A program made the translations under genes and the position numbers. The notes beneath the pieces were generated by a model that was not told where the DNA came from, did no database searches, and worked only from the letters and a program-made list of their open reading frames with translations. From NCBI GenBank assembly GCA_041651535.1, contig JBAZIZ010000004.1:24341-88340 (forward strand): a stretch of 64,000 nt of DNA. The letters are read 5' to 3'. Origin of the DNA: Patescibacteria group bacterium (GTDB taxonomy: Bacteria > Patescibacteriota > Patescibacteriia > Magasanikbacterales > UBA922). This document shows, piece by piece, positions 44,093 to 54,514 of the stretch (position 1 is its first letter; each line of letters begins with the position of its first letter).

Positions 44093-47000
44093 TTATTCTT
44101 CATCATTTTCCCTTTGTCTGCTATTTTCGACAGCATTTCCATAATGTTTTGGCCCCATTTCTCGAACTTGAGAAACTTCTTCAACTGGAGTGTATTGTTC
44201 TTCTTCCATTTTTTTCATCAATTCAACATCAAGAGCCAAACCTTTCATTTCTCTAATTAAAACATTAAAGGATTCTGGCAAGTTAATTTTATTTATTGGT
44301 TCGCCTTTAATAATTGCTTCATAAGCTTTTGCTCTTCCAGGAACATCATCAGATTTGATAGTTAAAATTTCTTGAAGAGTGTGTGCAGCTCCATAAGCTT
44401 GGAGTGCCCAAACTTCCATTTCTCCAAATCTTTGACCACCAAATTGAGCTTTACCACCTAAAGGTTGTTGAGTGATTAAACTGTAAGGACCGATAGAACG
44501 TTGGTGAATTTTATCTTCTACCATGTGATTCAATTTTAACATATAACTGTAACCAACAGTTGTTTTGTTATCATATGCTTCACCTGTTCGGCCATCAAAT
44601 AATTGTAGTTGTCCATCAGTTGAAAATCCAGCTTTCTTAAGTTCTTCTTCAATTTGTTTTTCAGTAATTCCGTTTAAAACTGGGGTAGCAACTTTATAAC
44701 CTAAAGCATTAGCTGCTAAACCTAAGTGATTTTCTAAAATTTGTCCCAAATTCATACGAGAAACAACTCCGAGAGGAGATAAAATTATATCAACAGGAGT
44801 ACCATCTTCTAAAAATGGCATGTCTTCACTAGGGACAACTTTAGAAATAACACCTTTATTTCCATGACGACCGGCCATTTTATCTCCAACTTGAATTTTT
44901 CTCATATCAGCCACTGTAACTTGGACTTGTTTCATAACTCCAGGTTGTAATTTATCACCCGCTTCAGCAGAAAACACTTTTATATCAATTACTTTTCCTT
45001 TTTCGCCATGTTCCAAATACATAGAAGAATCACGAACATCACGAGCTTTTTCTCCAAAAATTGCACGAAGCAATCTTTCTTCTGGAGTTAATTCAGTTTC
45101 TCCTTTTGGGGTAATTTTTCCAACTAAAATATCGCCAGAATGTACTTCAGCTCCAATTCTAACAATTCCTTCAGAATCTAAATTTCTTAATTTTTCTTCG
45201 CCAACATTTGGGATATCATTAGTAATAACTTCTTCTCCTAATTTTGTTTCACGTACATCAATTTTATAATCTTCAATATGAATCGAAGTATAACGATCTT
45301 TTCTAACAAGTCTATCAGAAATAATTACAGCATCTTCATAATTGAAACCATCCCAAACCATATAAGCAACCAAAACATTTTGGCCTAAAGCTAATTCGCC
45401 ATCTTTAATACTAGGACCATCAGTCATTGGATCGCCTTTTTTTAATTTTTGATTTAATTCAACACAAGGTCTTTGATTTAAACAACTTGAAGCGTTGGAA
45501 CGTACATATTTTCCAATATTATAATTATATGTTTTACCTTTTTTATCAGTAAATTCTATTTTTGAACCATCAACATAAGTTACAATTCCATCAGCTGGTG
45601 CAGGAATAACATAACCACTATTAAAAGCAGCAGCTTTTTCCATACCAGTTCCAACTAAAGGTGGTTCTGGCATGATACAAGGAACTGATTGACGTTGCAT
45701 GTTTGTTCCCATCAAAGCACGAGTAGCATCATCATGTTCCAAAAATGGAATAATACTAGTAGCCACTGATAAAATTTGATTTGAAGCAACATCTACATAA
45801 CAAATATTTTCTACTTCTGTAACTTGAGCTTCACCATGAACACGAGCAGAAATTCTTTCATCAATAAAATATCCTTTTTCATCAATAGGAGTAGTGGCAC
45901 TAGCAGTAATAGTTCTTTCTTCTTCAAAAGAATTTAAATAAACAACTTCATTAGAAACACGAGGTTTTATTTTTATTTCTTTTTCTTTACATTCTTTTGC
46001 TATTTTTTTTGCAATATCTGCAGTAATTTTTTCACCTTTTTTAACAATATTTTTTATAGTTTCTCCAGCTATTTCTCCTTCAGTAAATTTTTCATTATTT
46101 TGAACTAAATTCAAAACTTTTCGATAAGGAGTTTCTATAAAACCAAATTGATTAACTTTAGCAAATGATGATAAATGGTTTACCAAACCGATATTTGGTC
46201 CTTCTGGAGTAGCAATTGGACAAATTCTACCATAATGAGTTTTGTGAACATCACGAACTTCAAATCCTGCTCGATCACGACTTAAACCACCAGGTCCTAA
46301 AGCTGAGATACGTCGTTTATGTTCAAGTTCAGCCAAAGGATTTACTTGGTCCATGAATTGAGATAATTGAGAACTCATAAAAAATTCTCTGATCACAGAA
46401 ATAACTGGACGAGCATTTATAAGTTTACTTGGTGAAATTGATTCTAAATCTATAGTACTCATTCTATCTTTAACAATTCTTTCCATTCTGGCCATACCAA
46501 TTCTAAAACGATTTTGAACTAATTCACCAACACCACGAATACGTCTATTTCCTAAATGATCTATATCATCAGCTTCTTCTTGGGTAACATTTAATCTAAT
46601 AACTTCTTTTAAAACTTGAATCAATTTTTCTGGAGACAAAACTCTTTGTTCTTTATTATCAAAATCTTCTTCTTTAAGACCAATTTTAAATTTAGTATTA
46701 AATTTATAAACACCAACTTTACCTAAATCATAACGATCAAAATTAAAAAACATTGAGTGAATCAAACTTTTTGCATTATCAGCTGTAGCTAAATCACCTG
46801 GTCGAATACGACGATATACTTCTATTAAACCTTCGTCTTCATTTGAAGCAACATCTTTTTTCAAAGTTTCTTCAATAAAATCAATATGTGGATGATTATT
46901 TACATCAGCAAAAATCTTTTTTATTTCTTCATTATCTGAAACACCAAAAGCTTTAAGCAAAGAAGTAGCTGCCACTTTTCTTTTTCGATCAACTTTTATC

Positions 47001-47545
47001 CAAAGTACATTATTTTGATCAGTTTCTATTTCTATCCAAGCACCTCGATTTGGAATAATTTTAGCTCCATAAAATCTTCTGCCACGGACAGTTTCATCAG
47101 TAAAAAATGCTCCAGCACTTCTAATTAATTGAGAAACGACAACTCTTTCAATACCGTTAATTACAAAAGTACCTCTGCTAGTCATTAAAGGAACATCACC
47201 TAAATAAATTTCTTGTTTTTCTGTTTTACCAGTTCTTTTATTTGTTAATCTAACATTAACCCGTAATGGTGCTTCATAAGTAATATTTTTGTTACGACAC
47301 ATCACTTCATCAAATTTTGCCTCATCTAAATAATATTCTTCAAAATATAATTCTAAATCTCTGCCAGTAAAATCAATAACTGGAGAAATTTCATCAAAAA
47401 TTTCTCTTAAACCTTCTTTGAAAAACCAATCATAAGATGATTGCTGTACTTCTATTAAATTAGGAACTTCTATTACATCTCTTACTGAAGTAAAAAATTT
47501 TCGCTCTAAGGTCTTCAGAGCTTGTCTTTTGTAAACTGGAGCCAT
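44093..47545 (-). CDS. rpoB: DNA-directed RNA polymerase subunit beta
   Basis: 1150 aa, conserved beta-subunit sequence throughout. Confidence 0.97.
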   Translation of the reverse strand: MAPVYKRQALKTLERKFFTSVRDVIEVPNLIEVQQSSYDWFFKEGLREIFDEISPVIDFTGRDLELYFEEYYLDEAKFDEVMCRNKNITYEAPLRVNVRLTNKRTGKTEKQEIYLGDVPLMTSRGTFVINGIERVVVSQLIRSAGAFFTDETVRGRRFYGAKIIPNRGAWIEIETDQNNVLWIKVDRKRKVAATSLLKAFGVSDNEEIKKIFADVNNHPHIDFIEETLKKDVASNEDEGLIEVYRRIRPGDLATADNAKSLIHSMFFNFDRYDLGKVGVYKFNTKFKIGLKEEDFDNKEQRVLSPEKLIQVLKEVIRLNVTQEEADDIDHLGNRRIRGVGELVQNRFRIGMARMERIVKDRMSTIDLESISPSKLINARPVISVIREFFMSSQLSQFMDQVNPLAELEHKRRISALGPGGLSRDRAGFEVRDVHKTHYGRICPIATPEGPNIGLVNHLSSFAKVNQFGFIETPYRKVLNLVQNNEKFTEGEIAGETIKNIVKKGEKITADIAKKIAKECKEKEIKIKPRVSNEVVYLNSFEEERTITASATTPIDEKGYFIDERISARVHGEAQVTEVENICYVDVASNQILSVATSIIPFLEHDDATRALMGTNMQRQSVPCIMPEPPLVGTGMEKAAAFNSGYVIPAPADGIVTYVDGSKIEFTDKKGKTYNYNIGKYVRSNASSCLNQRPCVELNQKLKKGDPMTDGPSIKDGELALGQNVLVAYMVWDGFNYEDAVIISDRLVRKDRYTSIHIEDYKIDVRETKLGEEVITNDIPNVGEEKLRNLDSEGIVRIGAEVHSGDILVGKITPKGETELTPEERLLRAIFGEKARDVRDSSMYLEHGEKGKVIDIKVFSAEAGDKLQPGVMKQVQVTVADMRKIQVGDKMAGRHGNKGVISKVVPSEDMPFLEDGTPVDIILSPLGVVSRMNLGQILENHLGLAANALGYKVATPVLNGITEKQIEEELKKAGFSTDGQLQLFDGRTGEAYDNKTTVGYSYMLKLNHMVEDKIHQRSIGPYSLITQQPLGGKAQFGGQRFGEMEVWALQAYGAAHTLQEILTIKSDDVPGRAKAYEAIIKGEPINKINLPESFNVLIREMKGLALDVELMKKMEEEQYTPVEEVSQVREMGPKHYGNAVENSRQRENDEE

Positions 47546-47788
47546 AAATAAATTTGATTAAAATATTTATTAATTTGATAATTTTATAGATTCTTTTTTT
47601 AAGTACAATTATTTAAAAACAAAAAAATTCCTTGTTTTTAAGGATTAAAAAAGAAATGATTAGTTGTTGAAAGATTTTGATCTCATGTAATATCCGGATA
47701 ATAGGCTTTTGCCTTGCTCTAAAACCAGAATTTTTCGCTTAATAAAGCGAAAATTTGCATCTAAAACGAGTATTTTTCTAGTGAATTT

Positions 47789-47831
47789 ATAATACACTAA
47801 TAAAAAGTTCTTGTCAAATAAGAACAAGTGG
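47789..47831 (-). promoter_or_regulatory. rpoBC promoter (TTGACA-N17-TATTAT) with upstream TTATCCACTTGTT motif
   Basis: Minus-strand reading agttATCCACTTGTTcttatTTGACAagaactttttattagtgTATTAT; about 245-nt leader to rpoB. Confidence 0.5.
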
Positions 47832-47994
47832 ATAACTTTTTGTCAATTTTTTTATTTTTTCGCTAATTATAGATAAAAAAATAAAAATAATTTTTAAAAA
47901 AATAATTTTATTCACAATTTTATCCACAGCTTGGCTAATTTTAGGCAAAAAAAATAATTTGACAAAAAAAATTAAATATACAAATACCTGATAT

Positions 47995-49827
47995 TTAATT
48001 TTTAAAATCCATAATTTCTTCAAATTCTTTTTGTTCAACTGTTTCTTTTTCTATAAGATGTTTAACTAGATTATCCATTTGACTGCGTTTTTCTTTAATT
48101 AATTTTTCAGCTCTATTTTCAGCATTTTTAAGCAAACTATTTATTTCTCCGTCTATTATTTCAGCTGTTTTTTCTGAATAATTTGTTTTTTCATGAATTT
48201 CTTGTGCTAAAAAAATCAATTCTTCATTTTCAGAATATTGTCTTGGTCCAAGTTTATCGCTCATACCATATTTCAAAACCATTGTTTTGGCAATTTGAGT
48301 AGCTTTTTTTAAATCACTTGAAGGACCAGTACTAAGATTTTCTTTACCATAAATCATTTTTTCAGTTACATAACCACCTAAAATCATAGCTAAATCATCT
48401 TCAAATTGTGCATAAGTTTTGTATAACACATCTTTTTCTGGTGTGCTCAAAGTATAACCACCAGCTAGACCACGACCAATAATAGATACTTTACGAATTG
48501 GATGGCAATTTGGTAAAAAATGCCCAACAATTGCATGGCCAGCTTCATGATAAGCAGTCATTTCTTTTTCTTTTTCAGTCATTATTTTTGATTTTTTTTC
48601 TGGACCTAAAATAACTTTTTCAATTGCTTCAAAAACATCATTTTCTTCTATAATTTTTTTATTTTTTCTAACAGCTAAAATTGCAGCTTCATTTAATAAA
48701 TTTTCCAATTCTGCTCCAGAAAATCCTGGAGTTCTTTCAGCAATTTTTCTAATAGAAATTTTCTTTTCTAAAGGTTTATTTTTTGCGTGTACTTCTAAAA
48801 TTTCTAATCTGTCTTCTAAATCTGGCATATCAATAACTATACGACGATCAAATCTGCCAGGTCTTAATAAAGCTGGATCCAAAACATCAGGACGATTTGT
48901 TGCCGCAACGACAATTACTCCTAAATTTGGTTCAAAACCATCCATTTCAACCAAAATTTGATTCAAAGTTTGTTCTCTTTCATCATGACTTCCCCCAAGT
49001 CCAGATCCTCTTTTTCGGCCAACAGCATCTATTTCATCAATAAAAACTATGGCTGGAGTTGATTTTTTTGCATTATCAAATAAATCTCTGACACGACTTG
49101 CACCAACTCCAACAAACATTTCTACAAACTCTGAACCAGAAATATGAAAAAAAGGCACTCCAGCTTCACCAGCAACTGCTTTAGCTAAAAGTGTTTTTCC
49201 TGTTCCAGGAGCACCCATAAGTAAAACTCCTTTAGGAATTTTTGCACCCATATTAGAAAATTTCTTTGGATCTTTCAAAAAATCAACTATTTCTAACAAT
49301 TCTTCTTTTGCCTCTTTTGCTCCAGCAACATCTTTGAAAGTTTTTTTATTTTTATCGTCTGGTTTAGAAATTTTAGCGTTAGTCTTTCCAAAACCCATCG
49401 CTTTATTATTTGCTCCTTGGACTTGTCGAGAAAAAAAATAAATTAAAAAAATAAAAAGTAATAATGGCATTATCCAAGGCACAATCAAAGAAAGCCAGAA
49501 AGAAAAACCAGATTCTTCTTTGACACTGATATTTATTTTGTCAATTTTGTTTTTATCTAAATTATAACTAGCAATCAATTCATAAAAAGATTGATTTGCT
49601 AATAGTTTTATTTTTAAATCTGCACTGTCTGTGCCTTTTAGATCCAAGACAACATAATTATTATGAAGAGAGATATTTTCAACATTTTCATTATTGATTT
49701 CACTGATCATTTTTGTTATATCAGCTTCTTCTGTTTTATTTTTTGATAATTCAAAAGAACTTACTAATGTGGCAATTATTAGTAAAGCCAAAAAAATAAA
49801 CAGAAAATTTTTAAACAAATTTTTCAT
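47995..49827 (-). CDS. ftsH: ATP-dependent zinc metalloprotease FtsH
   Basis: N-terminal TM, AAA+ module (GAPGTGKT), HEAGHA zinc site. Confidence 0.95.
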   Translation of the reverse strand: MKNLFKNFLFIFLALLIIATLVSSFELSKNKTEEADITKMISEINNENVENISLHNNYVVLDLKGTDSADLKIKLLANQSFYELIASYNLDKNKIDKINISVKEESGFSFWLSLIVPWIMPLLLFIFLIYFFSRQVQGANNKAMGFGKTNAKISKPDDKNKKTFKDVAGAKEAKEELLEIVDFLKDPKKFSNMGAKIPKGVLLMGAPGTGKTLLAKAVAGEAGVPFFHISGSEFVEMFVGVGASRVRDLFDNAKKSTPAIVFIDEIDAVGRKRGSGLGGSHDEREQTLNQILVEMDGFEPNLGVIVVAATNRPDVLDPALLRPGRFDRRIVIDMPDLEDRLEILEVHAKNKPLEKKISIRKIAERTPGFSGAELENLLNEAAILAVRKNKKIIEENDVFEAIEKVILGPEKKSKIMTEKEKEMTAYHEAGHAIVGHFLPNCHPIRKVSIIGRGLAGGYTLSTPEKDVLYKTYAQFEDDLAMILGGYVTEKMIYGKENLSTGPSSDLKKATQIAKTMVLKYGMSDKLGPRQYSENEELIFLAQEIHEKTNYSEKTAEIIDGEINSLLKNAENRAEKLIKEKRSQMDNLVKHLIEKETVEQKEFEEIMDFKN

Positions 49828-50198
49828 AAATTTATGATTATTTTAGTTATTTATTAGTTGAATTATAGAAAAAAAAAACCGCAAAGTCAAATAACTTATA
49901 ATTTAAGAATTAAGGGCTGAGAATTAAGATTTATGATTCTTGATTTATGATTTAAGTAAAACATTTTATAAGTCCTAAGTCGAAAGTCAAATGTCAAAAG
50001 TCATATTCTAAAAAATTTTTAAATAAAAAAACCTTACTTTTGAAAAACGAAGCTTTTATTTTTTTAATTCTAAAATTTAAAATCCTAAATCTACAATTAT
50101 TTGTTTTCCACTCTCTCTACTTGTTTACTAACTTTTTTAACTAAATTAAAAAAGGAATAAATAATATGCTGGGCAAGATATTGACAAAATAGAAAAAA

Positions 50199-50227
50199 AT
50201 GCTAATATAAAAATAATTTTTTTATCA
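50199..50227 (+). promoter_or_regulatory. Promoter (TTGACA-N16-TAATAT) for the zinc-ribbon gene
   Basis: TTGACAaaatagaaaaaaatgcTAATAT, followed by a strong AAGGAG Shine-Dalgarno at 50231-50236. Confidence 0.4.
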
Positions 50228-50243
50228 ATTAAGGAGAGAAAAA

Positions 50244-50624
50244 ATGAATGATCAACGTTTGTGTGAATGCCCCGAGTGTGGGAGGGTATGGTTTTCAAGG
50301 AGTCTTTACCCATATTGCCAACAATGTGGTGTAAGAGCAGAAAAGAAAAAAATAGGTATGTCTCATGCAGAAGCATGCGAATGGAATGAAAAAAGGAGAA
50401 TAGAGGAGGAAAAAAAGAAACTAGAAAGTATGCGCAAACTCCAGCTCGAAAACAAAGAGTTATCACAAAAATATTTATCGGATAGAGAAGAACTATTCGA
50501 AAAATATTTTTCTCTTATACAAACGCCAGCGGATTTTTTTCAGGAAGCTATGAATTTATCTGAGCGTGACATAAACAAGTTACGACAGATAGTTGCAGAA
50601 TGGGATAAAATTAACAAAAAATAA
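50244..50624 (+). CDS. Hypothetical zinc-ribbon protein (126 aa) with coiled-coil C-terminus; compositionally atypical
   Basis: CECPECG...CQQCG zinc ribbon; strong SD (AAGGAG) where native genes lack one; visibly higher GC and AAG/CGT/AGG codons. Confidence 0.6.
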   Translation: MNDQRLCECPECGRVWFSRSLYPYCQQCGVRAEKKKIGMSHAEACEWNEKRRIEEEKKKLESMRKLQLENKELSQKYLSDREELFEKYFSLIQTPADFFQEAMNLSERDINKLRQIVAEWDKINKK

Positions 50625-50656
50625 CCAAGAAACTTGTATTGGTTATGATCGTTTTA

Positions 50657-50682
50657 TGGGGACTCTCGAAGTCCCTTTTTTA
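50657..50682 (+). terminator. Rho-independent terminator
   Basis: GGGACT-ctcga-AGTCCC hairpin followed by TTTTTT. Confidence 0.7.
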
Positions 50683-50790
50683 ATTCAAAAATTTTTTTGT
50701 TCACCAATTTTTTTATTTTTTTAATTTTGAATTTTTAATCTTATTATGTTATAATACCAAAATCTTAAATTACGATACTTATTTTTTTAT

Positions 50791-53355
50791 ATGTCTAAAC
50801 GTGGACGTCCAATCAAAAAACAAAACTATTCTTCATCTTCTTTGAATCCTCATCTTTCTACTGGAATAATTGCTGTGCTTCTCATAATTTTTGCAGCAAT
50901 TATTTTTTTAAGTTTTTATGAAAAAGCTGGAGTTATTGGAAAAATTATTAATGAATATATTCTAAGTTTTTTGTTTGGTAATATAAAATACACAGTACCT
51001 TTTGTAATTATTGCTCTTGCTGGTTATATGATAAAAGGTAAAGATGAAGAAACCGAATCAACACAAGGAATCGGTGCTTTACTATTTTTTATTTCACTGG
51101 CTGGGATTATGCATTTAAAATTTCCTACATCTGAAATGTGGACAAAATCTTTAGATGGACAAGGTGGTGGTTTATTTGGAATGTCAGCTTGGCTTGCTAA
51201 AACTTATTTAGGCGATATAGCTGCTTATGTTTTATTTTTTGGTTTAGTTTTGATTTCGTTTTTTTTAATTTTTACACCTTCAGTAAAACTATTTATTTCT
51301 TTTTATAAATACTTAACAAATTTCGTAAAATCCACAATTATTTTTTTCTTAAATATCCTTAAAAAACTTTTTATACCAACAATCAGAGATACACAAAATT
51401 TACCTGATGAAATTGATGAAGATGAAGATGATGAATCAGATGATGAGGAAATTGAAAAACATAATTTTAAACATTTAGAAAAAACTGAACAAAATGAAAA
51501 TGACGATGAGGATGAAGAAAAAAAGATTTTAGAAAAAAGAAAAATGATAGAAAAAGAAAATGAAGAAAAAGAAATAAATTCTAATGTAAAAAAAGAAGAA
51601 GATGAAGAAGACGATAGCATTTGGTCAAAAAGAGTAATTATCAAAAAATTACCTCCTTTAGATTTATTAGTTCAGAAAAAAAGTAAACCAACTAGTGGTG
51701 ACATAAAAGCAAATTCTTTAATTATCAGAAATACTTTGCATGAATTTAATATTGATGTTGAAATGGGAGAAATTCAAGTTGGTCCAACAGTAACTCAATT
51801 TACTTTGAAACCACCAAAAGGAGTAAAATTAACCAAAATTACTAGTCTTTCAAATGATTTAGCTTTAGCTCTTGCTGCCCATCCTATCAGAATCGAAGCA
51901 CCTATTCCAGGAAAATCTTTAGTTGGCATAGAAGTTCCAAATCAAAAAACTGCCATGGTTACTTTCAAAGAATTACTTGAATCTAATGAGTTTAGAAAAA
52001 GACCAAATGATGTGATGATTGCTTTGGGAAAAGATGTCGCTGGAAAAACTTGGTTTGCTGATTTACCAAAAATGCCTCACTTACTTATTGCTGGAACTAC
52101 AGGAAGTGGAAAAACAGTTTGTGTAAATACGATTATCATGAGTTTACTTTATGAAAATACAGCCGAAAGTTTAAGATTTATTATGGTTGATCCAAAAAGA
52201 GTTGAACTTACAATGTATAATGGTATTCCTCATTTACTTACTCCTGTAATTACAAATACGCAAAAAACTGTTAATGCTTTGAAATGGACTATTGGCGAAA
52301 TGGAAAGAAGATTTGAATTATTTTCCAAAGTAGGATCACGCAATATTGATTCTTATAATGAAAAATATCCAAATAAAAAAATACCTCACATTGTATTTAT
52401 TATTGACGAACTTGCCGATCTTATGGCTACAGCAGCAAGTGATGTTGAAGCTGGAATTATTCGTTTAGCCCAAATGGCTCGAGCTGTTGGTATTCATTTA
52501 GTTGTAGCTACTCAAAGACCTAGTGTAGATGTTATCACTGGACTTATGAAAGCAAATATACCAGCGAGAATAGCTTTTTCTGTTGCTTCATCAATAGATT
52601 CTAGAACTATTTTAGATTCTCCTGGAGCAGAAAAATTGATTGGAAAAGGAGACATGCTTTTTCAAACTGCAGAACTTGGTAAACCAGTCAGAATACAAGG
52701 TGCTTTTATATCTGAAACTGAATTAAAAAATGTTGTTAGTTATTTAAAAGGAGATGAGGAACCAGAATATGATGAAAGTATTGTGGAAGGAAATAGTAAA
52801 ACTGGAACAGCTAGTATGTTTGGTGGAGCAAATGATAGTCAAGATCCTTTATTTCTTGAAGCTAAACAAGCAATTATTGAAGCAGGAAAAGCCAGTGCTT
52901 CTCTACTTCAACGTCGTCTAAAAGTTGGTTATGCACGAGCCGCTAGAATTTTAGATGAAATGGAAGAAGCAGGAATTATTGGTCCAGCACAAGGAGCAAA
53001 ACCACGTGATATTTTAATAACCGAAGAAGATGCTGCTCAAGATTTTTATTTAAAAAAATTACAAAAAACTAATGATGCTGGTGCAGAAGCAAATTTCTTT
53101 GACAATGATTTTTCAAAAGAAGAAGAAAAAGAAGATGAGGAATTTGAAGATGAATTAGAAAATACAGAAGACGCAGAAAATGAAATGACAAAAATAGAAG
53201 AAGATTTAAATGAAGAAGAAACAGAAGAATCTTTTGATGAAATTATAGAAAATGATACTGAAAAAAATGACGATGAAGAAATTGCTGAAAATGAAGATGA
53301 AGAATTTGATGATGAAGACAAAAAAGAAGAAAAACCTAAAAACATTTTTTTCTAA
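50791..53355 (+). CDS. ftsK: DNA translocase FtsK/SpoIIIE with ~110-aa acidic C-terminal tail
   Basis: N-terminal TM segments, acidic linker, motor domain with Walker A (AGTTGSGKT), gamma-like winged helix (LLQRRLKVGYARAARILDEMEEAGI), then a Glu/Asp-rich tail. Confidence 0.92.
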   Translation: MSKRGRPIKKQNYSSSSLNPHLSTGIIAVLLIIFAAIIFLSFYEKAGVIGKIINEYILSFLFGNIKYTVPFVIIALAGYMIKGKDEETESTQGIGALLFFISLAGIMHLKFPTSEMWTKSLDGQGGGLFGMSAWLAKTYLGDIAAYVLFFGLVLISFFLIFTPSVKLFISFYKYLTNFVKSTIIFFLNILKKLFIPTIRDTQNLPDEIDEDEDDESDDEEIEKHNFKHLEKTEQNENDDEDEEKKILEKRKMIEKENEEKEINSNVKKEEDEEDDSIWSKRVIIKKLPPLDLLVQKKSKPTSGDIKANSLIIRNTLHEFNIDVEMGEIQVGPTVTQFTLKPPKGVKLTKITSLSNDLALALAAHPIRIEAPIPGKSLVGIEVPNQKTAMVTFKELLESNEFRKRPNDVMIALGKDVAGKTWFADLPKMPHLLIAGTTGSGKTVCVNTIIMSLLYENTAESLRFIMVDPKRVELTMYNGIPHLLTPVITNTQKTVNALKWTIGEMERRFELFSKVGSRNIDSYNEKYPNKKIPHIVFIIDELADLMATAASDVEAGIIRLAQMARAVGIHLVVATQRPSVDVITGLMKANIPARIAFSVASSIDSRTILDSPGAEKLIGKGDMLFQTAELGKPVRIQGAFISETELKNVVSYLKGDEEPEYDESIVEGNSKTGTASMFGGANDSQDPLFLEAKQAIIEAGKASASLLQRRLKVGYARAARILDEMEEAGIIGPAQGAKPRDILITEEDAAQDFYLKKLQKTNDAGAEANFFDNDFSKEEEKEDEEFEDELENTEDAENEMTKIEEDLNEEETEESFDEIIENDTEKNDDEEIAENEDEEFDDEDKKEEKPKNIFF

Positions 53356-53364
53356 AATTTTGTT

Positions 53365-54021
53365 ATGAATGTTTTTAACAAAAAATGTATTTTACCATCA
53401 AAAAGAATTTGTTTAAGATTAAAAAGTTTGCGTTTGGCAAAAAAAATTTCTTTAGAACAAATGGAAAAATGTACAAAAATAAACAAAGAATATTTATTAG
53501 CAATTGAAAATTGTGATTTTGAAAAAATTAATGCAGCCGGAATATACAAAAAAAACTTCATAAAAAAATATGCACAATGTCTAAATGAAGATCCAGAACC
53601 GTTTATCAGACAATTTGAAAATGAAGAAGAAAATAACAATGCTAAATTACAGACAACTAAAATAAATAAATATCAATTAGGAAATTTACCTTTAACTTTA
53701 CGTTATCTTTTAAGTATAGCTTTGATAGCTATTTTTATTTTTTATCTTTTTGGACATATAAATAATATTTTGCGTTCCCCAGCTCTCACAGTTATAACCC
53801 CACAAGATGGTAGTATTGTAAATGAAAACACAATTATAATCAGTGGCGCCACTGAAAAAGAAACTAAAGTTAGTATTAATAAAGAATCAGTCAAAATAAA
53901 TGAAGAAGGTTATTTTAATCAAGAAATAATTTTGTCTCCTGGTATAAATACCATTATAATCAGCGCTGAAAGTAAACACGGCAAAATAACTAAACAAACT
54001 TTAAATATTATATTCAAATAA
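53365..54021 (+). CDS. RodZ-like protein: XRE-type HTH, single TM, extracytoplasmic C-terminal domain
   Basis: HTH region (LRLAKKISLEQMEKCTKINKEYLLAIEN), TM (LLSIALIAIFIFYLF), beta-rich C-terminus; topology as in RodZ. Confidence 0.5.
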   Translation: MNVFNKKCILPSKRICLRLKSLRLAKKISLEQMEKCTKINKEYLLAIENCDFEKINAAGIYKKNFIKKYAQCLNEDPEPFIRQFENEEENNNAKLQTTKINKYQLGNLPLTLRYLLSIALIAIFIFYLFGHINNILRSPALTVITPQDGSIVNENTIIISGATEKETKVSINKESVKINEEGYFNQEIILSPGINTIIISAESKHGKITKQTLNIIFK

Positions 54022-54050
54022 AAAACCCGCTTTACAGCGGATTTTTTTAT
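54022..54050. terminator. Bidirectional rho-independent terminator (RodZ-like gene on +, rplS on -)
   Basis: CCGCT-ttac-AGCGG hairpin flanked by A-run and T-run. Confidence 0.65.
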
Positions 54051-54403
54051 TTTGTTTCTTCAGTTTTTTTAACTGGTTTAATTTCTTTTAATTTCTTTTT
54101 GTAAGTTCTGATATAATAAGGTCTTGATTGTCTAACTTTCATTTGACGAACAAGTTCTATTTTATCAACAACTGGTGAATTTATTGGATAAATTTTTTCT
54201 ACACCATAACCATCAGCATTTTTTCTAACAGTAACGGTTGCTCCAACTTCAGTCCCGTGTTTGATAGCAATTATTATTCCTTCAAAAATCTGTATACGTT
54301 CTTTTTCTTCACCTTTTTTATTTAATTCTTTAATTTTTTGGTGAACACGAACTTCCATACCTGGCTTTAGTTCTTGACGTATATCTTTAATTTCTTTTGA
54401 CAT
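54047..54403 (-). CDS. rplS: 50S ribosomal protein L19
   Basis: 118 aa, conserved L19 sequence. Confidence 0.9.
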   Translation of the reverse strand: MSKEIKDIRQELKPGMEVRVHQKIKELNKKGEEKERIQIFEGIIIAIKHGTEVGATVTVRKNADGYGVEKIYPINSPVVDKIELVRQMKVRQSRPYYIRTYKKKLKEIKPVKKTEETK

Positions 54404-54514
54404 ATTTATTTTTTTAGGGAGAGGTTAATCTATGCAAAACTAACGTCACTTTTTATTTTTAAACTTGAAAATATACTACTATAATTTATATTTTTTGTCA
54501 AGTATTTTGCTTAA

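Noticed and set aside
47814-48038. 74-aa minus-strand ORF overlapping the ftsH 3' end and the rpoB promoter region
   Set aside because: Overlaps the ftsH stop and the mapped promoter motifs; low-complexity hydrophobic sequence; likely a chance ORF.
49900-50000. Short tandem repeats (AATTAAG, GATTTATGATT, AAGTC units) as a possible minisatellite or CRISPR-like array
   Set aside because: Units are irregular in length and spacing with only 2-4 copies each; this is AT-rich low-complexity DNA, though it is noted as flanking the putative acquired gene.
50146-50466. 106-aa minus-strand ORF overlapping the zinc-ribbon gene
   Set aside because: Overlaps the better-supported + strand gene (promoter, SD and terminator all on +); hydrophobic low-complexity translation.
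51303-53639. Ser-rich antisense ORFs within and after ftsK (51303..51644, 53046..53345, 53352..53639 minus)
   Set aside because: Antisense of the GAA/GAT-rich acidic coding repeats of ftsK, which yields TCT/TCA-rich serine runs; 53352..53639 also overlaps the RodZ-like gene.
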